Assembly (NCBI GenBank): GCA_020137815.1
Contig: CM035357.1
Coordinates: 4,712,001-4,776,000 of the forward strand
Length of the DNA: 64,000 nt
Source of the DNA: Hormiphora californensis
Taxonomy: Eukaryota; Animalia; Ctenophora
Direction of reading: 5' to 3'
Shown: positions 34,601 to 47,041 of the stretch, in pieces
Numbering within the stretch: position 1 is the first letter of the stretch
How the letters are laid out: every line of letters starts with the position of its first letter
Made by a program: the position numbers and the translations under genes
Notes under the pieces: generated by a model
The model's database searches: none
Told to the model about the DNA's origin: nothing
The model's input: the letters and a program-made list of their open reading frames with translations, nothing else

Positions 34601-36697
34601 ACCTTTGAGTGGGTCGGACAGTTACTTTATTTTTCCATCCGAACTGGTTCAGAAGTTCATTGAATTTCGAGCTTGGGGGTCCTGGTTGTCCTCGACATGA
34701 ATATTAAAGTTCCGCATATTGACAGCGCTCTTTCCTCTCTGCTAATTTCAGAATAGATCCTCTAGTTCATCTAGAAACGCTGTAAAATTGCCCGAAGTGC
34801 CAGGCCGGTACACGACAACTATCCTGGTGTTTAGTAGGTTTGAGGAGAACCTCAAGGCATTCAAACTGCTTAAACTTGTGACAATACTTACTTGTTTTCG
34901 TCCTCCTTCTGGTAACTAAAGCTACACCACCTCCTCTACCTACACGTGGATGTGATACTATGTTGAAACCTGCTTCTTTGAAAAGAGCACAGAGAGCACC
35001 ATCGTCCTTTTTCATCCATGTTTCAGTGAGTGCGAAAGTATCCAAGTCTTCATCTACAGCGAGTTCCAGGATGTCAATCGCTTTATTCCTCAGTGAAAAG
35101 CAATTCAGGAGACCAAAATTCAGCCATCTGGATACAATTAGTTTTTTGACAGGTACTGGAGACGGATGGGACACGTTGGATCAGCTGCGTTATGAGTATG
35201 AGCAAATGAATGAATGGATGGGTGTCGTGATTTAGCACAATTCGAACATTTAAAGGCAGAATATTTTTCTTGTTAGGGCATTCTCTGGCTACGTGTTTTT
35301 CTGAACAACGGAAACAGGTCGGGTCACTCGCTTTACACTCAACTTGCATAATGTCCGAAGCCTTGACACTTGAAACACTGTTTTACATACACTCTCTTTC
35401 TACAAAACAGTTGTAGTTACCAACGTGAATAGAGCCACTGCCAAGAATCAGATCGCCAATAGGTTTGCTGACCTTCAACCCAATAGTGGCTTCATTCTCA
35501 TTTCGACTATACCTCTGAAACGACACAACAGACATCTTCTCTCCTCTTTCCAACAACTCGGCAACTCTTGGGTTTAGCTCACAAATAGAATCTAATATCA
35601 TTGTATCCGTCTCATCCCTGTCAGTAATATGCTTAGGAATAAAAGAAACATCAGCACCTCGAATAGATAATTTAGGCTCATGTACAAACTTTTTCACACC
35701 AACATTCACATTTTCAGATGCAACCTTTGTTGCTGCCTTGTTCATTTCGTCAGCAGTTTTGAACCAATACTGTACTGATCCGTCTTTCTGGTTCTTCTTA
35801 TACTCGGTGGGAATCTTGGCAAGTACATCATTAGCACTGTTGATATCGTCAGCTTCTCCAGATATAACTAGCGTGCACTGCCCAAATGAGCTTCAGAATA
35901 AGGCACAGATAGGGCACATTGTTTGCCATCAGCGGCTGCAATTGGCTCTATTTGTTTGGCAACTTCGGTAGAAACGGTTGATGTTATAATAGTTGCGATT
36001 GTTCCTCAAACTTCCCTAGCATTGATTGCTCAAATGTCGCCAGTTTATCCTCAAGAATCCTCTGTGTTAGAGGGGATGGCTCATCGTCCTTTTATTACAG
36101 GCAGGACAGAACCAAGCCAGACCCTCGTTCTGGTGTTATAAGGGCACACATTCTGTCATCATCCAGCGTCTTAGGACACGAATTGTTACGGCACGTGATT
36201 GTAGTTCTCCAGTTACAGTTGATGGTGCATTGGAGAACGCGTCAGTTTGGGCATTTACTAGCTCTTCGGACAGTTTATATGCCTTTTTTAGGAGCTTTAA
36301 CAGGACTCACGCGTTGGGTTGTCGGAAGCGGGCTTGTGAGGACCTTTTACGACATAGGTTAGCAGTCCTTTTCCCTCTAGTTCATTCTTCAGGCTTGCCA
36401 ACTGATCGCTCAGCTTTATCATCTTCTCTGTGTTCTTCATGACTATCGATGTCAGGGATTTCGTGTTTATCTGCCCTTCGGGGCGGTCACATAGCATTCA
36501 TCTTCCTCAAATTAATTTGTTTAAAGTAGTGTTGAAAAGTTTGAAACTTTACAATTTAACTCTGCAGAAACATCTTCAGGAAGATAGCAATCCTCCTTTC
36601 CTTCTACCAGGGATATCAGTGCACTCTGGTGTGGTGTAAAAAGGGTATCTCGAACTAGAGTTTTCTGTGCCAGGAGCTTGAGTGATGGAGGGAACAT
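22626..36697 (-). CDS. Leucine-rich-repeat (AMN1/FBXL-type LRR) protein with N-terminal BC-box/Cul2-box-like motif and a large acidic insertion
   Basis: Proposed first exon MFPPSLKLLAQKTL...LPEDVSAE|VLVQL. LRR exons CPQLVSLNLAHCQITDDA, LDLTGCMKITSRAV, LVELNLNWCDNITDSG, CSKLRVLDLSQIAEIT, CPRLKKLNIDGHKQIT. Last exon ends ..YYGEDLEFS*. First-exon link is inferred across the LINE. Confidence 0.7.
24563..25758. mobile_element. Foldback-type DNA element, ~1.2 kb, with 8-bp TSD TAACTTCT
   Basis: GGCAGGTCGGTAGAAC...GTTCTACCGACCTGCC termini; arms built from 18-bp (gaatttagggtaggtct) and ~53-bp tandem units; TSD at 24555-24562 and 25759-25766. Confidence 0.9.
30264..31644. mobile_element. Non-autonomous TTAA-flanked DNA element with ~600-bp TIRs (Kolobok-like GG termini), nested in the LINE 3' region
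   Basis: TTAA|GGGTACGCTAACC...GGTTAGCGTACCC|TTAA; arms ~30264-30860 and ~31045-31644 are reverse complements. Confidence 0.85.
36506..36549 (-). other. Spliced-leader-like sequence AAGTTTCAAACTTTTCAACACTACTTTAAACAAATTAATTTGAG at the LINE 5' end
   Basis: Matches my recollection of the ctenophore (Pleurobrachia) SL exon ending ...AATTTGAG. It is followed by LINE ORF1, not by the GT donor and Sm site of an SL RNA gene. Confidence 0.7.
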
Positions 36698-37467
36698 TGT
36701 TTGATTTCAAGATCTCTACTGAGCCCATGACCGATGCTTTTTACATCACTACCTGCCAGCTAAAACGGCAGAAAGTTTCAATAAAGTCACAAATTCATTT
36801 CATTGGAATTATGTACATTTCCCAATTCCCGGATCAAAGCTGGCCTGTTTGGCCTATGCTAGAAGCCGTGGAAAACGCGCGCACTTGGGGTCTGCAGCGC
36901 ATGCCAACTGGCCTGTTCGTTGCACAAAAACTGAAAACGCTTAGTAAAAAACTTTAAAAAAACAACGTCTGGATGAACTGCATGAAGTTTTAATTTCGTA
37001 GCACGGTACGCGCACAAACCAAAAAGCGCGGCATAAGCTTGCAACGCAACTCCTAAAAATACGCGTCGGCAGCGATTTCTCTCTTTTTTTAATTGAAATT
37101 ATATGACATATGTAGATTGATTCTCAACCTTGGTTTATATGGGTTGGAGGTCAAGTCAAACAACGAGTTACTATAAATCAACTGTTGGCGTAAACTGTGT
37201 GTACAAAAAGGGAACATGTTAAAAATCGTTAGAAAAGCTAAAAAACTCATGATAATATCTTTGAGTGACAAAGTGTTACTGAAAAACGAACACAAACCGG
37301 AACCCAACATATAATTTAATCCTGTCTCAGGAAAGTCCTCTCCAGCTCAACAGAAAAAATTGATCAAAGATCATTGATCCGATGACCGATTCCGTTTCTT
37401 CTAAAAAAGAATTCAATAGACACTTTAGAGTCAACTTTGAGGCATTGATCTCTATCATTTTCCTTGT

Positions 37468-40400
37468 TTACTTCTTCTCGACATAGTACTGGGTAGGAAC
37501 GAAGGGCATGGCCACTTTGGTCGCAGGGAAAACCTTCTTACGCACTTGGACCTGAAAAAGGCACATTGGTGAATGAGTTACACAGGGTAAGCGGACTCTA
37601 GTGCTAAAATCACGAAAAGCGAACTCGAGATTTCGGCCGTTAGGCCGGAAACGAGAGTTTGCTGTGCCTCTATACTCGTTTATAAGTGTTAGGGCCGTTA
37701 TTTGGGTTCGAGGTTAGGGGTTAGTGTAAAGGTTAGGGTTAGATAAAGAGTCCTCCTTGGGTTTAGATATAGTAATAGAGTCCGTTAGCACTAGAGTCCG
37801 CCTACCGTTACACAGCACTTGACTAGAGTCCATTTTGAACAGAATTTGAATTTTTGGTAAGTTGAATGACTGCTGTCAGGCCAATGCTCTGAACACGGTT
37901 CTCGGGTGCAGAACATTTAGTTGAAGAAATGAGAATATGGTCTGGCCAATGCTCTGGCAAAATGACTGTTTGTTAGTATTTCAAGATATATATTATTTCA
38001 ATACTATTTCAAGTTGTCTCACCTGTAGAGATGTTCCGTTTTTGATGTACCCAATATCCACATACCCCATTGCAATATTCTGACCGGTACAGGGGGAGGG
38101 AGATCCACTCGTTACCTCACCTATGGAGGGGGAGTGAGGGTTACTTACTTTGGTTACTTTGAGAGTTTTAGTAGATCCTCTAGATCCACTAGGCCATCCT
38201 TTGCATAGAACCACCCATACGCCACCAATCAAGTAAGGAATTATTGTTTGCTGCAGTATAACCATCGATAGGTGGACGATCAGGAATTGTATCGAGGTGT
38301 CTTTGGAGTGCAGTCTTGAACGATGTTAGAGGAACCGCTAATGTAACACGTGCAGGTAGAGTGTTCCATAGCTTAGGGGCCTTCACCGAGAAGCTGTTTT
38401 CGTAAAGCGTACGAGAGCGTTTAGTGAGAAGTGTACGATCAGGGGAGGGGGATACACCGCACGGATGCTCTTGGAGAGGGGATTGAACTTTATGGAGCCA
38501 GGAGCTAGGCCGTGAAGAATCTTCCAGCAATGGATAATTGAGTATCGCTCTCGCGCGTCTCTGTAGAGACATTATACCAAGGTTCAAAAGCCGATCCCAG
38601 TAGTCGGTGCCAGCTGATCAATTTTGGCAACGAAGGAGCGCTGAACAACTTTCAAGAGTCCTAATGTCTGCAAGGGTGTAAGGATCCCAGAGAGGACACA
38701 CATATTCTAAGTGGCTTCTGACGAGGGCTTTGTAAAGGGTAAGCATAGTTGTCTTATCCCTGGCCCGGAAAACACTAAGAGCCCAGCTTGCCATCTTCTT
38801 GCCCTGGCTAGCCAGATTGGATATATGCTGAGAACCAGAAAGCGGCGGATTGAACAGTGAAACCCAGGTCCTTGACAAATTCCTTCTCCTCTAACAGGCC
38901 ATCATCAGGGAGGACGTACTTCCTAAAATTGTCGATGAAAGGGAGATGACGAAGGAGTGACCGATTTTCATTGAAGGGCTCTGAGATGAGTAGATCGAAT
39001 TATTCGGGTGTAGTTTCATGTTGTTGAATGAGGACCATGTTAAGTAGCATCGAGGTCCTCCTGAAGATCCAGGACATCCTGCTGGCAACTGATCCTCTTG
39101 CTAAGTCGGGTATCGTCAGCAAAGCGACCAACCTTTGAATGAGATATCGCCAAATCCAGGTCGTTCACAAAGAGGATGAAAAGAATAGGGGCCAGAACGG
39201 TCCCTTGGGGGACACCGCTGATGATAGTAATAGGTCTTGAACTAGCTCCTTGAACAGTAACAGTTTGCGTTCGACCAGAAAGGAATGATGATATCCAGTC
39301 AACAATTATGGTGGGAATCCATAAGCATGGAGTTTCTTCAGTAGAAGGTTATGGTCAATGGAATCAAAAGCTTTTTGATAGTCCAGGTAAATGGTATCTG
39401 TAGCTACACCTTCTAAAGAACATCTATAACGTCACCTGATGGTCAAGAAGTTGTGTCAGCAAACTCTTCCACTACGGAAACCGTGCTGGTTGGGGAAAGC
39501 AGGTTGTTTTTTTCCACATGTCAACAAAATGCTTCCTGACGACCCTTTCAAAGCATTTGACAACATGTGACGTCAAGGAAATAGGCCGATAGTTTCCAGG
39601 GTCAGATGTGGGACCCTTCTTGTGCAGAGGTAATATAGTTGCCCGTTTGTAGAACACAGGGACTGTCCTAATTTCAAGTGACGTTTTCCAAATTTTGATA
39701 GGGGGGTAGCGAGTTCAACACAGCAGTGTTTAGTAGTAGAGCAGGTTTACCATCAGGGCCGATCCGGAACTGGTTTCAGGTCTTTCAGGACAGTTATGAT
39801 ATCGGCATGAATGTCAGTCTGTAACATGTCGGGGAAAGGGAACTGAGGTACTGTTTCGGGCAGTCCACTGAAGGCCTCAGCTTTAGGATCACTGAAGGAG
39901 GAAGAGAATTTAGACTGAAGGAGGTCTGCCATAGCTACAGGTCAGTGACTGCAGAGCCATCAGGGTCAAAGAGCAGCTTGATGGAGAATCGAGCGGTTAA
40001 GATGATTAGCGTAATTAAAGAAAACTTTGGGATTTAGTTTTAAGTTTCGATCACCTTCTGTTCACGAGACTCAATTTTGTTCACGATTGCCTGGGCCATT
40101 TCCTCCTCTAGGGCAACGAGTTTTCTCTGGGCTGAACTGAGAGCAGCTGGGTTGGAAGTAGGGACGGACATGAGAGCAGCTATCTTTGCTTTGACGCGTG
40201 GGGAGTGATGGGAGGTACAACAGGGGGAGGGAGATCCACTAGTTACCTCACCTATCATGGAGGGGGAGTGAGGGGAGGGGAGTGAGGGGGAGTGATGGGA
40301 GGTACAACAGGGGGAGGGAGATCCACTTGTTACCTCACCTATGGAGGGGGAGTGAGGGGAGGGGAGTGAGGGGGAGTGATGGGAGGTACAACAGGGGGAT

Positions 40401-43400
40401 GGTGATCCACTAGTTACCTCACCTATGGAGGGGGAGTGAGGGGAGGGGAGTGAGGAGGGAGTGATGGGAGGTACAACAGGGGGATGGAGAGCCACTTGTT
40501 ACCTCACCTATGGAGGGGGAGTGAGGGGAGTGGGAGGGGAGTGGAGGGGGAGTGATGGGAGGTACAACAGGGGGAGGGAGACCCACTTGTTACCTCACCT
40601 ATGGAGGGGGAGTGAGGAGAGGGGAGGGGAGAGGAGTGAGGGGAGGTACAACAGGGGGATGGAGAGCCACTTGTTACCTCACCTATGGAGGGGGAGTGAG
40701 GGGAGGGGAGTGAGGGGGAGTGATGGGAGGTACAACAGGGGGAGGGGACCCACTCGTTACCTCACCTATGGAGGGGGAGTGAGGGGAGGGGAGTAAGGAG
40801 GGAGTGATGGGAGGTACAACAGGGGGAGGGAGATCCACTATAGTTACCTCACCTATGGAGGGGGAGTGAGGGGAGGGGAGTAAGGGGGAGTGATGGGAGG
40901 TACAACAGGGGGATGGTGAACCACTTGTTACCTCACCTTGTTAATTAGTGGTTAGTTAGTTGTTAAAGAGAATGGCGGCAGGAGTTGAGAAAGTTACGAG
41001 GATAATTGAAGGCACAGTGAGTGACAGAGAGGACTAAAGAGAGAGGTAAATTAAGACATATAAGAGTTCGTTTTCTCTCTAAAAAAACGTACCCACAACT
41101 TCCCCATCCAAGTTTAGAATGGGATAGTGAGGTCGAGCAGGTGCCTTCTCTACTATCAATCCTACTCTCCTTCGTCCCTCCTTGGCCTTGAATCTTCTCA
41201 TAACCTCATCAGCACCAGGGAAATCTCTCGCTGCCCTTCGTCTCTTTGCTGAAGAGGGGTATTGGAGTTGGTGAGTGGTTGGGGGAAGGAGCAGCGGATA
41301 TATACAGTAAGACCCGATTTACCGGGGTAGGCCATTTTGCCCGGTAAATTGGAGGCCAGTAATAGGGGTCGGACTGTATCGCTCTCTTTGTACGTCTCTA
41401 CTCGCCAACTATCTAAGACACGTTTAAACGGCCCGTGCTCATAATTAGTATTGAAATTACCCGAAATTACTCCTAATCGCGAGCTCCCACAGCGTAATAA
41501 TAGGGGTGACTTCGTAACCAATAAGTGGTTAACTGGTCTGGCCGCGGGAGAGTCTCTCTGGGAGACAGTATAGTGTTAGAAAGACTGCTGCTTGCTAGAC
41601 TCAGAGACTAGACAGTTATTTCTTGGTCAGACCTTGGTAATTGTCACACGTGCTAATATCATTCCGGGAGCCAATGAAAAAAAGGTGGAACGCTTCAAAA
41701 CACAGCTAATGGGATGGCAATTGGCACGTGTAAACGGCTCTTATTTAAACATACTATATCTATATCTGCTTTCATTTTGTTGTAGCTTTTCCTGAAAATG
41801 TTTCTCAAGCGATCGCTCCTTGTTGTTCTGCTGATTCACTCTGTCACTCCCACAGGTTGGTTACAATTTATAAATTAATTGAAAATATCCATATTAATTA
41901 TTGGTAATTCATAGCCCACGTATCGAAATTAGTCAGGTAGAGTGGTTTCCGCTTTGATATAAAAAGATTGTCGTTTTTGCCTCATTTTATCACCCCTTGT
42001 GAAACCTACCCACAGTCCACATAAGGGTCCCCTCAACAGGAGTTGTAGTTTCATCAATGTCATTCCCATAGAGGCACAACCCTGCCTCCAACCTCAAACT
42101 GTCACGGGCACCTGATCAGGAGGATATATCTATTAGGGAACACTCCCGGCATTTCCAATGTGTATCAGATCTGTAGCATATCTAGAAGAATGAGGAGACC
42201 CAGGGAGGAGAGAGTGGGAGAACTAGGAAGATAGGAGTATTGGGGAGTATTGGGGAGATAGATGCTGAGGGAGATGGTAGAATCGGGGAGATACAGAGAG
42301 ATGGTAGGATTGGGGAGATGCCGGGAGAGAGAGGGGGGGGATAATGGTGGAGATGTACTTACCAAGTCCAGCAAGTTTGACGTCATCGCTGGCAGCCATC
42401 AACTTTTCTACCAGCTCTACTGTCCGGTCAGTAGGTACAGAGATCTGAAGGGGTCAGGGGAATAATTGTCAGTCTATCTAACGAGAATTAGAAAAATTTG
42501 AAATCCTCGCATGTAGGACCGCAATACTAAAAGTAACCTTGATTGTCATTCACTTACTCCGAAACAAGTCAGAACATTTACAAATTAATAAAACAATCAA
42601 CTTATTAATTAATTAAATAACTAGCTAATTAATTAATTAATTACCTCAACACCATCCTCCCCGGTGTACCCACACCGTGTAACTCTACACGGAATGCCCC
42701 AGACATCTACAAGAGCGGTATGGTTGAAAAACAGTTTTGAGAGGTCGTCTCTCACTCCACCCTGGAGCACTCCCTCCATTTTAGGACCTGCAATAAACGA
42801 TTCATTTTGTAAAATTAATTGTATTGGTTAAGTTAGAATATATTATTCGGGTGAATTAAATTGGGAGAAAGTCCCGCGTTCACCTAACAGTGCATTCGTT
42901 AATATGGTACCTTGAACAGCGATCAGGCTATGGTTTGGTTTTATTTCAACATCCACATCCAACCAGGAGCTCTTAGCTGCCTCAAGACGTGCCTGAACAT
43001 GATCTGTTAGATCAGCTTTTGAACTTCACTCTTTTTCTGTTAACTCGTTTGCCCTCAAAGCACTTCAAAGCACTTCAAAGCATTTATATCAATATCATGG
43101 GAGAGCGCAAATATAATGAGGGTGATATTATCTGTAACTATAGCAACCAACACAGACATATACCCATTATAAATCTTCTATATGCTATGATCTAACACAC
43201 AGTATCTATTTCTCACCTAGATATACTTAACATAGGCACACCCCTTAGATCGCTTATATCTAACTCAACTCCTCTAAGCACTTACAACTTTCACATCCCA
43301 CTTGTTGCTCTCTTATTCAAGAAGAATGTTGAAACTCCTAACATTTGTTTTTGTGTTCCTACTTACCGCTGCATCAAGCGGTAAGAACTAAGATATATAT

Positions 43401-46129
43401 CCAATTTGTTCAGTAATTGGATCATTTCTTACAACTTTTTACAAATTTTTTAATTCCTTTCAGAAAATTGCACCTTAACAAGAAAGAGTATACCGCTCTC
43501 CTACGATACCTCTACTACTGAAGTTGGTAAGGTCCGCGCTGGAGATTATCTCTACTTGTACTGTGAAGGAGATGGGTGGAAAGAACAGGTAGTAACCTGT
43601 ACCGATAATACCGAGACTCCGGATTGTGGAGAAACATCAAAACGAGCTAAGTTTACAGGTGAGAAAATATTATTTGGCCTTTCAATTAAATATAGCATTA
43701 TTTTCCCTACAATATAATCAAAAAATCAAATACTGTACTGCTAAAACGTTGCTTTTCTTTAATTGATAAAATCAAATACAGTCGGACCCCGATTTAGTGG
43801 CATCCTCAGGGGAAAAAATCCTGTCACTAAATCGGGGTCAAATAATGTTAATTTCCTATATCGGGGGAAAAAATCCTGCCACTAAATCGGGGTGCCACTA
43901 AATCGGGGGACACTAAATGGGGGTCCGACTGTAACAGCCATGTTTCAGAAAGAACAAAGCTTCTGGTGTTATTTCCAGACGAGGCAAGGTCACAACCAGA
44001 TTGTAAAACCTACTGTTCTGAGATGAACGGTCAACTACCAACTATTCTCAATGAAGGAGAAAACAACCGACTTAATTGGCTGATAAAATATTACGACAAA
44101 CGACTCAGCTGGCTAGGTATGTAACTTACATTAGGAGTAATTTCTTTACCAATCACAACATGCTAATGATCGTCGCACAAGTAACTGTCCTCTCCGAACC
44201 AGGCCGTTGCAGCGTTCGAGACATGACAATCATGTAATAAGACAACCTAATGACTACTATACAATCCCCTAAAGGTCTATATGATACTACTGAAAAAGAC
44301 TTAAAGAATGGCTGGGAATGGCCTGATGGGTCACCTCTTACTAGTGAATCTTATGCTAACTGGGCTCCAAATGAACCGAACCTTAAAACCGAACGATATG
44401 CCCTTATGAGATTAGATTCTAAGTGGAATGATCATACCGCTCCAACAAATCCTTATTGTTCTTGCGACTTTTTGAAATTATCTACAGGTACAGAATAACA
44501 GCTAACTGCACAGTTATACTCACAAACAATCGACCAACAATTGACACAACAATATTTCACAACACCTCCATCCATCCATCCATGCCCCATGCCCCTAACC
44601 AAAAAGCAAAAATCTACCTCAGATATATACCAAAACCTTCATGTATTTTATATAACGAATGCGGTGGCAATGCCACAGCCCCATACAGCCACCGCGTTTT
44701 CCTGCTTAATATAACGGATATACCGACACCTTCAGGATAACTAACCATGATATGAGCGAGGTCCTTGTCAGCACAGCCCGCGTTACACACCAGATTCAGG
44801 TACCCATTAGTTGTACGGTGTACAATACAATCATCAATAATTCCACCCTGGTCAGTGGTTAGCAGGGACAGTGTTACCGGTGTTGTCAGCCAGACCTGCC
44901 ACATCAGCAACTAGAGGGAGAGGAAGTTGGGGGTTAGAGGGGGAGAGTTAGAAGTTAGAGAGAGGAGGGGGAGTTGGAGACAGAGAGGGGATAAAGAGGT
45001 GGTTAAAAAGATGGAGAGTTTCTTCTACAGATACTTCTTACCAATAAGAGACTCCATAAACTTCACCCTATCCTCTCCGTGAATGTGCAGTTGCAGCATG
45101 TGACTAACATCAAATATACTTACACCCTGAAAAGTTAATTGTTACTTAATGCCATAATTGCGATAATATGGAGAAATATATCGTTGGTACACATCCCAGC
45201 AATGATTAATTACTCCACAGTATAATCGATTCACCAACGAATAAAGCACTGGCTTACCTTGCGTGTGTGTAGATGAGACTGTACATGACTCAAATCAGGA
45301 TAACTAACAGGGAGGGCCCACCCTGCAAAATCCACCATCTTACCTCCATTCTCGACGTGGTAATCAAACAGAGCCGTCTTTTTCAACTGAAAAGGGGTAT
45401 AATCGTTGAAACATTGGAACAAGGTGAGCGTGACGGGACTTGTTGTTATGTCTGTTTGTGCTTGCAATGTTTACAGTTCACAGTTCAAATCACAGCGTGC
45501 ATCCTGCCGCCATGTGATGACGCCGCGCGGCTATACTGCTGAATTGTGGTGCTTTCATCGCAGAACGCGCGGAGAAACCAGCAAGAGGTGGGCGAACTGC
45601 GAAGGAATAGGGATCAAAACTGGACATAAATTGTGATTAGGACATGGAGCCACGAACTACAAAATACTGTAAAACCATTAATTTTCGTGGGGAATTAATT
45701 TTCGCGTTTTGGCTTAGACTGGCTTCTGGTGGTCCCTGATGACTTCGCCAGCGTACCAGGAGTCGCTGATGAAGGAGTAGTTCACTCCTGGTACGCTGGT
45801 GAAGTCGTCAGGGACCACTAAAAGCGAGTCTAGGCCAAAACGCTAAAATTAATTCCCGCGAAAATATATGGTTTTACGGTAGAAGACGGCTGACGGAATG
45901 TTGATTCAAATAATAAGAGGCACAGCAAGGATTCATGCTTTTAAGTGAACCAAACTCAAGGGGAAAAAAGTAGACGTGCCATCAAAATGTAATTTGACAC
46001 GACTACTAAATTATTGAAACATACCCTCCAAAAGAAGGGAAAACGAATATTCAAATAACTTACGTCAGCAATGGATGCGAGGGACCTGGTAAGGGATCGA
46101 GCCGGTGCCAAAAAACGAGCGGTTAACAT
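37468..46129 (-). CDS. AMT: Mitochondrial aminomethyltransferase (glycine cleavage T protein), multi-exon
   Basis: Transit peptide [22 protein letters not shown]; [29 protein letters not shown]; FDVSHMLQ; GGIIDDCIV; [13 protein letters not shown]; [20 protein letters not shown]; RRRVGL; [21 protein letters not shown]; MPFVPTQYY. Confidence 0.95.
37587..37808. mobile_element. MITE-like element (cggactctagtgctaa...ttagcactagagtccg)
   Basis: Inverted termini, internal ggttag repeats. Confidence 0.55.
38141..40198 (-). mobile_element. 5'-truncated CR1-like LINE (RT domain), frameshifted, in an AMT intron
   Basis: [63 protein letters not shown]; short repeat tail. Confidence 0.88.
40199..40940 (-). 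repeat. Nine ~85-bp tandem repeats, each an AG acceptor with polypyrimidine tract plus the start of the [14 protein letters not shown] exon
   Basis: Unit ...cctccatag|gtgaggtaac.agtggatctccctccccctgt matches the functional exon start at ~38119. Confidence 0.9.
43326..44498 (+). CDS. Secreted C-type lectin nested antisense in an AMT intron (exons 43326-43380, 43464-43658, 43949-44116, 44275-44498)
   Basis: Signal peptide [18 protein letters not shown]; Cys-containing N-module; [37 protein letters not shown] (EPN motif). Confidence 0.85.
45665..45880. mobile_element. Palindromic MITE (tactgtaaaaccat...atggttttacggta)
   Basis: Near-perfect ~105-bp inverted arms. Confidence 0.75.
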
Positions 46130-46430
46130 TTCTACAGCTTGAAAAAGGGGTGAGTTGTTAGTACAAAGTATAATTAATTGAGTAAATAATTTAAATGTGG
46201 AGTGGGCTAGAAAGCAAAAGGGGGGGGGGGTTGATGGGTAAATCTAGAAGGGCAGCTATTATAACAGTTGGAGCTCATGCTATTACGATGCTACAATATA
46301 ATTGAGTTGTGTGTGTAATGACGTAGAAAAGTAATTTGAGATCTGCAAAAGGAAGAAGATTCAATTCTCATAGTTTCTCTCTGTATTAACTTTCTTACAA
46401 GCTACATTTCTGAGTCCGTTTTGAATTTTT

Positions 46431-47041
46431 GGGGGGGGTCCAGCCCTAAAAAAAGCTAAGCTAACGGCCAAAATCAGGGTACCTTTAGCTTTTTTTAGCT
46501 TTTTTTAGCTTTTTTTAGCTTTTTTTAGCCTTTTTTAGCTTTTTTTAGCTTTTTTTAGCTTTATTTAGCTTTTTTTAGCTTTTTTAAGGCTAAAAAAAGC
46601 TAAAAAAAAGCTAAAAAAAGCTAAAATTGAGTTTTTAGTGGATTCATATAGGTTCGAATCCCGCTGACGCCAAATTTTTTAAACTTTTATTATAACGTTT
46701 TATAACGTTTTTTGAACTTTTTTAAAACTATTTTTATCAAATTTGAATAATATTTTTATCGAAAAAATGTCTCCAGAAAATGGCAGTAGGGGTGGATACA
46801 GAAATTGCTATGTATGGACATAAACGGTAGATTATGGTAAAAAATGTGCAGGAAATGAACAAATGCAGTCAATAGACGTCCGGAAGGATGAAAATTTAAT
46901 GGAAAAGTGTCAAGATGAATGCTGAAAAAACATAAAAAGTAGGGCTAAAAAAAGCTAAAAAAAGCTAAAAAAAGCTAAAATAAAAAACGCTATCGACCAA
47001 AATCAGGGTACCTTTAGCTTTTTTTAGGGCTGGACCCCCCC
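46431..47041. mobile_element. TIR element with (AAAAAAGCT)n subterminal repeats
   Basis: ggggggtccagccctaaaaaaagcta...tagctttttttagggctggacccccc termini. Confidence 0.7.

Larger units (their letters stand above)
30041..36549 (-). mobile_element. Full-length non-LTR retrotransposon (L2/Crack-like LINE): SL-like 5' end, ORF1 with CCHC zinc knuckles, ORF2 APE endonuclease + RT, (TTA)n tail; frameshifted
   Basis: ORF1 CFKCQGFGH, CFRCSEKHVAREC, KCSNC..H..ADPTCP. EN: LLNCFSLRNK..ALTETW..GRGGGVAL. RT: YRPISNLSFISKVVEK, QSAYRKYHSCET, LLDLSAAFDT, VPQGSILGPILF, ADD. Tail at 30041-30062. Confidence 0.9.

Noticed and set aside
36506-36549. A bona fide SL RNA gene
   Set aside because: The leader is followed by GAAGATG rather than a GT donor, and no Sm-site-bearing intron portion is evident
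37710-37745. Telomere-like TTAGGG repeats
   Set aside because: Few degenerate copies inside a MITE; not a telomeric array
46651-46672. GGTTCGAATCCC tRNA T-arm/B-box
   Set aside because: Only a 3' fragment inside a TIR element; no cloverleaf
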